A DNA stretch of 64,000 bases, from positions 96,001 to 160,000 of the forward strand of contig CAVWVQ010000003.1 of assembly GCA_963758525.1 (NCBI GenBank), written 5' to 3'. The notes below the pieces were generated by a model that worked only from the letters and a program-made list of their open reading frames with translations, was not told where the DNA came from and searched no databases. Positions within the stretch are counted from its first letter, which is position 1. The number at the start of each line of letters is the position of its first letter. A program made the position numbers and the translations under genes. Shown piece after piece: positions 57,807 to 64,000 of the stretch. The DNA comes from an uncultured Phycisphaerales bacterium. GTDB lineage: Bacteria; Planctomycetota; Phycisphaerae; Tepidisphaerales; Tepidisphaeraceae.

Positions 57807-58631
57807 CTAGCCTGCGGCTCGCACCGCTCGGCCCTGCGGATCGTCCGCCACCGGCCCGGAACCCTCCAGGGGCGCGGCGATCTCCTTGACTGGCATCTCT
57901 CTCACCGGCGGAGCGATGACTCCGCCGCTGATCAACAGCCGCATCGCCTCCTCCACCGACATCGGCAGTTCGACCACCGAATCCCGCGGCACCACCAGCA
58001 CGTAGCCGCTGAACGCCGTCGGAGACGAAGGAACGAACACCGTCACCATTTCCTGTCCAACCGCGTCGCGCAGCGCGCCCAGCCCCGAACCGGTCAGCAA
58101 CCCCACCGACCAGATTCCCTTGGCGTGCGGTTGCACCGCCACCACCCGGCTCCCCGTGAACTGCGAGGAATGCTCGGTCAGCAGCCAGTCGGTCACTTGC
58201 TTGACGGATGGATAAATGGCCCGCACCAGCGGAATCCGCATCACCGCCAGTTCCGCGACGCGCCACAACTGGCGTCCAATGAGATTGCCGACGAATACTC
58301 CAACGATGTAAACAAGGAGCACCGCAAGCCCGACGCCCAGAACGCGCGTCCCCAGGTATTGCTCGTCCCAGACTGCATGAATGTGAGCCGGCGGCTCGCG
58401 CGGAATGATCCACCAGCCGCCCAGCGTCAGCCACGTCCAGCGCAGTCCCCAGACGATGTGCTGCCCGAGTGCTTCCCAAAGAAAATTCCATGCCCAGACC
58501 AGCAGCCAGAGAGTGATCAGCGTCGGCAACACCGCGGCGAGCCCGCGCAGAAAGAAGCGACGGAAGTCGTCGAAGAATCCAATTCGAGTTTTTGGCGCAG
58601 TCCGTCCAGAACTGGCATCACCTAATGTCAC
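57807..58631 (-). CDS. DUF502 family membrane protein (start uncertain)
   Basis: FLRGLAAVLPTLIT, RIPLVRAIYPSVKQV, VFVPSSPTAFSGY, MSVEEAMRLLISGG. Confidence 0.9.
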   Translation of the reverse strand: MTLGDASSGRTAPKTRIGFFDDFRRFFLRGLAAVLPTLITLWLLVWAWNFLWEALGQHIVWGLRWTWLTLGGWWIIPREPPAHIHAVWDEQYLGTRVLGVGLAVLLVYIVGVFVGNLIGRQLWRVAELAVMRIPLVRAIYPSVKQVTDWLLTEHSSQFTGSRVVAVQPHAKGIWSVGLLTGSGLGALRDAVGQEMVTVFVPSSPTAFSGYVLVVPRDSVVELPMSVEEAMRLLISGGVIAPPVREMPVKEIAAPLEGSGPVADDPQGRAVRAAG

Positions 58632-58834
58632 CGGGCACCGTGAATTACCTGTAACTGGAGGTGTCAGGCGCGAGTTGCAGATTGCTCGGTCCCCAGGCCA
58701 TCTCCGGTCCGGTCTGACCCGGCGACAAACCTGTCTGCAACTCCCCACTTTTACTCGCTCGGTTGACAAAGATCAACGCTTGCTTTTATGCGCGGGAAAT
58801 CGCGGATTCCAGAGAGGAGCAGCAGCAACTGCTG

Positions 58835-60133
58835 TTAGCGATGCGCCAGTCCGACGTTGCAGAAAGGAAAGTACCTGGACTTGCTCCGCGCTTCGTCTGC
58901 AGCCTCGTCACGCTTGCGCGTCGCGAGCCAAAAGCCGACCAGAAGCAAGTCGCCCGCCACCACTCCAGCCGTGATCTTCCATGCGCGCGAATGCGTGGAC
59001 GGCTCGTGCCTGATGGTTTGCATGGCGCTCTCGTCGATAAAGGCGCCCATCGAGTCACCAAAGGTTGCCAGCGCATCCACATGGAACAGATTCACCAGCG
59101 CCGCGCGGGCTGGTACAGCCTGCTCGGCAATGATCCCGTCGACTGCGTTCATCACCGCCGTCGGCGAGGGAATTCGTGCCATGGCTCGTTCGAACTGTTG
59201 CTGCGGCGATGCAGCGAAAGCCGGCATGGCACCGGCCGGTTCGACCGGCGGACTCAATTCTGAAATTACCAACGGAAGAATGGAGAAGGACGCGCTTGCA
59301 AACGGCTTCACAACGCCAGCTACGCTCGAAAGCGCCGACTGTGTCAACGCGGAAGTGGGTTTGTCTCCGGCAAATGCGAGCGAGTTGGTGGAAGATTGAC
59401 GGGCCGTCACCGAGCCGGAACCCGATGAAGCGCCTTCGACGATGGTGGAAGCCAACAGATGGCCTTCGGCCGGCCTGACGTGCTGTGATCCGGATGCGCT
59501 TGGCGCTGGGGAACTGCCGGTGGGATTACCCGTCGAACTGCCTGTTGTAAGCCCAGCCGGAGCCGAACCATCACCTGCTGCGCCGTCCGTTCCCGTCGAG
59601 TCGGTTCTCTCCTCGCCGTCCCCGGCATGCAACTCTCCGGGCTGCGCGTGCCCGCCAACGCCTTGGCCGCGGGTCGTGGTGTTTCCAGCGGCACCATTTG
59701 CGGACAACGCCGGCTGCGCATTTGCGGTCACTGAGGCTGACGAATCGGTATCGGTAGTGGAGCCGGTTGCGAGCGTCGGGGGGGAAGCCGGATTTGCGAT
59801 CGAACTATTCGGAGCGGCCGTGCAGGCCGGAGCCTCGGCAGTGCCGTCGGCGTCGGTCCCGCAGATGAAGTTTAACGTGACCGTCGTCGAAGTTGCCAGC
59901 ACCGGCCCTCCGCCAGCGTTCACTGGTGGAGCGACCATCTGGCTCCAATTAATCGGCGCAAAACTGTTTTCAATCCTGGCGAATCCCCACGGATGTAACC
60001 CCGGCGCCACGAAGCTCGCTGCCGTTGCCATTGGCATCGGAGCCGGCGCAAACTCCACCACGGCGGCAGAAAGCAGCCGACGAGACTCCAAGCCTTCGGT
60101 AACGAGAAATGTTCGATTGAACGATGCGCCCAT
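58835..60133 (-). CDS. Planctomycete exported protein with LEPR-xLL-type N-terminus and C-terminal membrane anchor
   Basis: EGLESRRLLS motif; Ser/Thr/Ala/Gly-rich body; WKITAGVVAGDLLLVGFWLATRKR. Confidence 0.7.
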   Translation of the reverse strand: MGASFNRTFLVTEGLESRRLLSAAVVEFAPAPMPMATAASFVAPGLHPWGFARIENSFAPINWSQMVAPPVNAGGGPVLATSTTVTLNFICGTDADGTAEAPACTAAPNSSIANPASPPTLATGSTTDTDSSASVTANAQPALSANGAAGNTTTRGQGVGGHAQPGELHAGDGEERTDSTGTDGAAGDGSAPAGLTTGSSTGNPTGSSPAPSASGSQHVRPAEGHLLASTIVEGASSGSGSVTARQSSTNSLAFAGDKPTSALTQSALSSVAGVVKPFASASFSILPLVISELSPPVEPAGAMPAFAASPQQQFERAMARIPSPTAVMNAVDGIIAEQAVPARAALVNLFHVDALATFGDSMGAFIDESAMQTIRHEPSTHSRAWKITAGVVAGDLLLVGFWLATRKRDEAADEARSKSRYFPFCNVGLAHR

Positions 60134-60328
60134 CCTCTTTCCCTGTTCAGATTGCGCCGCAATCATACCACACGAAAAGCTCGATCACGTCGGGGGAAAT
60201 TATACCACCGACGTCCGAGAATAAAAACTGCGTGGGGCCTCGCGCCGCCGGGGCGCACCGTCAGCGCGAAGGCTCCCACGCCACGTCTGAAACACCTTTT
60301 TCCTGCACGAGCCCGGTGCGTGCGGCGT

Positions 60329-60892
60329 TCACCGCATTACAAACGCCTGTGCCGGTTGATTTTCGCCGCGAATCGATACGTGCTGTCCGACTCGCGACTC
60401 AATCATCTGCTCGTAAATCTTGCGCTGCGACTCGCTCAAGATACTTTTGGTCTCGGCGACCGCGTTGCCGAACGCCGCTTCACGACGGCTGTTCAGCAGG
60501 CCAACCTTGCCGACGCACTCGGTCGTGAGCTGAGTGTATTTGACCTTCTGTTCATCGGTCAGCATCGCGAACACCGCATCGTCCCGCTGCTTCTGCAATT
60601 GCTGAGCCTGCTCCTGACATTCGTGGGCAGTATCGCGAACGCCTTCCCAAATCCGCTGCATCCGATCACGCTGCTCGGCAGAGAGTCCCAGTTCCTGAGA
60701 CAACGTCGAGCCGCCCGCGGTTAGTCCCGATGAACCACCCGCGCCGAGACCGGTCGAACCGTCTGAACCTCCGGAAGACACCATCGCATCCAGATTCATG
60801 ACCCGCTTGCCCAACGTACCCGCCACCACTCCGGCGCCCAGCGCCAGCACCGCCACCGCCAGCAAAGCGATTGTTGCCTGAGGAACTCTCAT
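60329..60892 (-). CDS. Membrane-anchored helical protein, Spy/CpxP-like
   Basis: TM helix; repeated LGLSAEQR, LTDEQK, LSESQR (LTxxQ) motifs. Confidence 0.7.
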   Translation of the reverse strand: MRVPQATIALLAVAVLALGAGVVAGTLGKRVMNLDAMVSSGGSDGSTGLGAGGSSGLTAGGSTLSQELGLSAEQRDRMQRIWEGVRDTAHECQEQAQQLQKQRDDAVFAMLTDEQKVKYTQLTTECVGKVGLLNSRREAAFGNAVAETKSILSESQRKIYEQMIESRVGQHVSIRGENQPAQAFVMR

Positions 60893-61425
60893 CGCCCTAC
60901 CTGCCCTTTCAGGTTGTCCAACATCCAACTGGTCATGTTCGCATGAGCGTCCGCCAGCGCGCTCTGATCAGGATTCGCCTCGGGGCCTGCATAAGGCAGC
61001 GGATCCGCCCTAAGAGTCATCGCATACCTCTCCCAGGGGGCCTCCGGCCCGATCGGCTGCGTTGCCACGTGAGTCCGCGGAGCAGGCGTCTCCATCAGCC
61101 ACGCTGACGCGATGATCAGCACGGAAGCCGCCAGACCGCTGAGCACCACCGCGGTTCGCCAGAAGCTTCGGTCAATCTGAAACGCGGATCGGTTTGCCTC
61201 GCGATCGACAGCCGCATGGAGCCTGGCGATCTCGTCTTGTGAAACATCTTCCGTCGCGGAATGCCGCTCGCCGCCCAGCAGCAGCGTCATCCGCCGCATT
61301 TGCTCGAGCGCCTCGGCACATGCGGCGCATCCCTGCACATGCTCGGCAACCCTTGAGCGCTCCTCGGCGTCCAATTCGCCGTCGTGGTACGCATCCAGTC
61401 GAAATTCAGTTCCGCAACCGTACAT
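60889..61425 (-). CDS. Zinc-finger (ZAS) anti-sigma factor
   Basis: LDAYHDGEL...HVQGCAAC followed by a TM helix. Confidence 0.88.
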   Translation of the reverse strand: MYGCGTEFRLDAYHDGELDAEERSRVAEHVQGCAACAEALEQMRRMTLLLGGERHSATEDVSQDEIARLHAAVDREANRSAFQIDRSFWRTAVVLSGLAASVLIIASAWLMETPAPRTHVATQPIGPEAPWERYAMTLRADPLPYAGPEANPDQSALADAHANMTSWMLDNLKGQVGR

Positions 61426-61534
61426 CAGTTTCCGAGCCTTACGACCTGCGCGAGCACGCGCTTCCAAAACCCGTTTACCGGCTGCCGTTTGAGCAGCGCC
61501 CGACTTGCACATAGGCGTACTCGCGCATGTGCAA

Positions 61535-62098
61535 TCAAGACAAATAACCTGCCAGTTTCTCTCTCAGTTCGCCGCGTGCCCGATGCAACCGCGATTCCAC
61601 AGTTCCCTGCGGCACGCCAAGCGCCTCAGCCATCTCCGCGTAGCTCAGGCCATGAATCTCTCGCATCAGAATCACCTGCCGATGGTCTTCGCCGAGTGTC
61701 TGAAGCATTTCCTGCAGATCGATCCGTCGATCGACGCTCGAGCTCGTTGAGATCGTCCCCGACCTCCCGTCCGGCTTCTGCCAGTTTCCCGACATTCCCT
61801 CGGGGCTCTCCAACGTCGTCATGGCACGATCCCGTCGCGACCGATTCCACGCTTTGGCTGCCTGACGAACCAAAATCCGCGACAGCCACGTCCGCACCGA
61901 AGATCGGCCGTCGAACCGGCTCAAACCTTTGAACGCCCCGACAAACGTCTCCTGAACCACGTCTTCGGCGTCCGACCGCGTCTTCGAGAGCGAGCGGGCC
62001 AGCCGCGTGAGTTCCGGCCCATACCGGTCAACCAGCTCGTGAAACGCCTTCGCGTCCCCGCCGGCTGAGGCCTGCACCAGATCCCAATCGCTCTGCAA
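61535..62098 (-). CDS. ECF RNA polymerase sigma factor
   Basis: DAEDVVQETF, FDGRSSVRTWL, GLSYAEMAEALGVPQGTVESRLHRAR. Confidence 0.93.
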   Translation of the reverse strand: MQSDWDLVQASAGGDAKAFHELVDRYGPELTRLARSLSKTRSDAEDVVQETFVGAFKGLSRFDGRSSVRTWLSRILVRQAAKAWNRSRRDRAMTTLESPEGMSGNWQKPDGRSGTISTSSSVDRRIDLQEMLQTLGEDHRQVILMREIHGLSYAEMAEALGVPQGTVESRLHRARGELREKLAGYLS

Positions 62099-62674
62099 TG
62101 CACGGCTCTCCGCCCAGTTTGGCTCTTGCCTGCGGGCTCTGAAGGGATAGTTACGACTTAGGCCGGTTTTCTTCCCAAGAAAAAAAGTATTGAGGACACA
62201 GGCACGAAGGGAAGACTGGTTTCAATCAGGTTTTGCCATTTCATGGTTGCCAAATCCGCCTTACGTCCTTAGTACGACCTTGAAGCACCCGTCGGTCCTC
62301 AAAGCTTACGTTACTTTCGCGATTTAGGGGGAACACGCGAGCGCACATCCTAAGGCGGTCCAAGGTTATCAGACCCTCCGGAGGAAATGCCCCACGGCTC
62401 CGGTATTGGAACCGCAGTCCGCGAGTTATGATCACAGGCATTGAAGCCAAGCGTTTATATCGAGACGACAATTATCAGCTATCTCACCGCTTGGCCAAGC
62501 CGCGATGTCGTTCGCCTCGGACCCGGCTCGTCGCACTCTGGATAAAGTCTGTTGAACTTTCTATGGGGATTGTTCTTGCGGCTTGGTCACGGCAACCGCC
62601 AGCAGGCGCCGATACAGCGCGGCGACGATGATTACCCGCGGCGATTACGCCAGTAGCTCGGATGCCGCAGCGGG

Positions 62675-62930
62675 TTAAACGCCAAACTTTAGGCCACTGA
62701 TCGAGCGCATTAACGACTTCGTCGGCGACTTCAGGTCCGAAGAGCCGGAGTACAACTCCCCCGTGCCTGACTCAACATGCACAAGCACGAGATCAACATT
62801 TGGTGCGCAATATGTCTGCCAATCCATCTTCCCATCCTGCGCTGGCTTGGGAGCGTCGTAGAGCGATAGGCAGCCACCACTGGCGACGTCATCGCCCAAC
62901 TGCTTGTAGAGATAACCGCAGAGGTTGGCG
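62675..62930 (-). pseudogene. Possible 3' gene remnant, unknown function
   Basis: Short lower-GC ORF without a good start; stop overlaps GTTTAAC. Confidence 0.3.
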
Positions 62931-63021
62931 ATTTAGGGGCGTGGCGGTGGGATGAGCGGCAGATTTATTTTTTTCGCGACGCGAGTTCGTCGCGGGGGCG
63001 GGGTTGAGGTATGACGGTCAC

Positions 63022-63906
63022 ATGAAAGAGCGTATTCAAAAGTCGTTGGCCAACGCCGGTGTGGCTTCGCGGCGGAGTTGCGAGCAGTTGGTGCTGGAGG
63101 GGCGCGTTGCGGTCAATGGGCGAATCCTTGCGGAATTGCCGGTGCTGATCGATCCGGAGCGGGATCAGGTCGAAGTGGATGGGGAAACCGTCCGGCTCGC
63201 CCAGCGGCGCAGCGCCCGGCGGGTGTACCTGCTGCTGAATAAGCCCAAAGGGGTGTACAGCACGAATGTTGCGCAGGGAGTGCAGACACGGGCGGTGGAT
63301 TTGCTGCCGCGGGGATTGCCCGAGCGGGTGTATCCGGTGGGACGGCTCGACGCGGAATCAAAAGGGTTGCTGCTGCTGACCAATGATGGGGAGCTGACGC
63401 ATCGGCTCACGCATCCGAAATTTGGCGTGCCGCGGACCTATCGTGCGATCGTGGATGGGGAAGTGCGGCCGGGCGCTCTCAGTCAGTTGGAGAAGGGAGT
63501 CTGGCTCGCGGACGCACACGGCGGCAAAGGTAAGAAGACCGGCCGGAGCCAGGTGCGCGTCGTCAAACGGGGGGACGACCAGAGCGTGCTGGAGATCACG
63601 ATGCGCGAAGGGGTGAATCCGCAGGTCCGGCGGATGCTCGCGAAGCTGGGTCACAAGGTGCGGGATCTGACGCGGATTCGGCTTGGCCCGCTCACGCTCG
63701 AAGGGCTGGCGGCGGGGAAGATCAGGCCGCTGACGCCCAGGGAAGTCAGCGAGTTGAAGCGGTTGGCGCAGCGGGGAGACGGGGGGAGGGAAGTTCTCCT
63801 GCAAATCCGAATGACGGAACCGGAAAACAGAGTAGAGTCCGAGAGTCGAAGGCAGTGTCGGGAAACCCGAATGACGAAACTCGAAACCAGAATCGAACCC
63901 GAATGA
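63022..63906 (+). CDS. RsuA/RluB-family pseudouridine synthase with S4 domain
   Basis: ERIQKSLANAGVASRR, NKPKG, YPVGRLD, GLLLLTNDGEL..RLTHP, EG.N.QVRRM; the last ~35 aa run into a repeat tract. Confidence 0.93.
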   Translation: MKERIQKSLANAGVASRRSCEQLVLEGRVAVNGRILAELPVLIDPERDQVEVDGETVRLAQRRSARRVYLLLNKPKGVYSTNVAQGVQTRAVDLLPRGLPERVYPVGRLDAESKGLLLLTNDGELTHRLTHPKFGVPRTYRAIVDGEVRPGALSQLEKGVWLADAHGGKGKKTGRSQVRVVKRGDDQSVLEITMREGVNPQVRRMLAKLGHKVRDLTRIRLGPLTLEGLAAGKIRPLTPREVSELKRLAQRGDGGREVLLQIRMTEPENRVESESRRQCRETRMTKLETRIEPE

Positions 63907-63920
63907 CGAAATCCGAAACC
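63804..63920. repeat. Degenerate heptamer array (CGAATGA / CGAAACC)
   Basis: CCGAATGACG(G/A)AA occurs three times with CGAAACC-type units. Confidence 0.7.
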
Positions 63921-64000
63921 CCAAGCAAAGGCAAATACGGGGTGACACGTGCAAAGCGCGGGCGGGGTAATCGGTGATTCGTGGAGCATCCGATGTCACT

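Noticed and set aside
63790..63906. Novel C-terminal domain on the pseudouridine synthase
   Set aside because: It is translation through an intergenic-type heptamer repeat tract, possibly after an indel near the G runs at about 63775-63790

Overview
GC-rich bacterial chromosome segment, very probably a planctomycete: it carries the PVC signature small basic protein, a PSCyt1/DUF1549/DUF1553 + DUF1501 pair and an LEPR-xLL-type exported protein. Housekeeping genes (dapB, thrC, ppk2, adk, ispG, argC, clpC, rsmA, rne/rng, hpf-ptsN-ptsH-ptsI, rluB-like) alternate with accessory DNA. The accessory DNA includes a decaying integron cassette array with no integrase in the window (about 5.3-7.8 kb), a carbohydrate-enzyme/kinase island with duplicated integrase remnants (18-29 kb), a complete 1954-bp IS with 18-bp TIRs and a 9-bp target duplication, several toxin-antitoxin loci, and many intergenic 7-8-nt tandem-repeat hairpins. 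About a dozen genes, including normally essential ones, are split by apparent single-base frameshifts, most simply explained by long-read indel errors. The most unusual items are an in-frame fusion of a Clp N-terminal (phospho-arginine-binding type) domain to ArgC near clpC, the cassette array (orphan restriction-like nuclease, Pth2-like gene, atypical perfectly palindromic site), and an 11-codon CxCxC micro-ORF with an extended Shine-Dalgarno and its own terminator. All family calls come from motif recognition by eye; no database searches were run.
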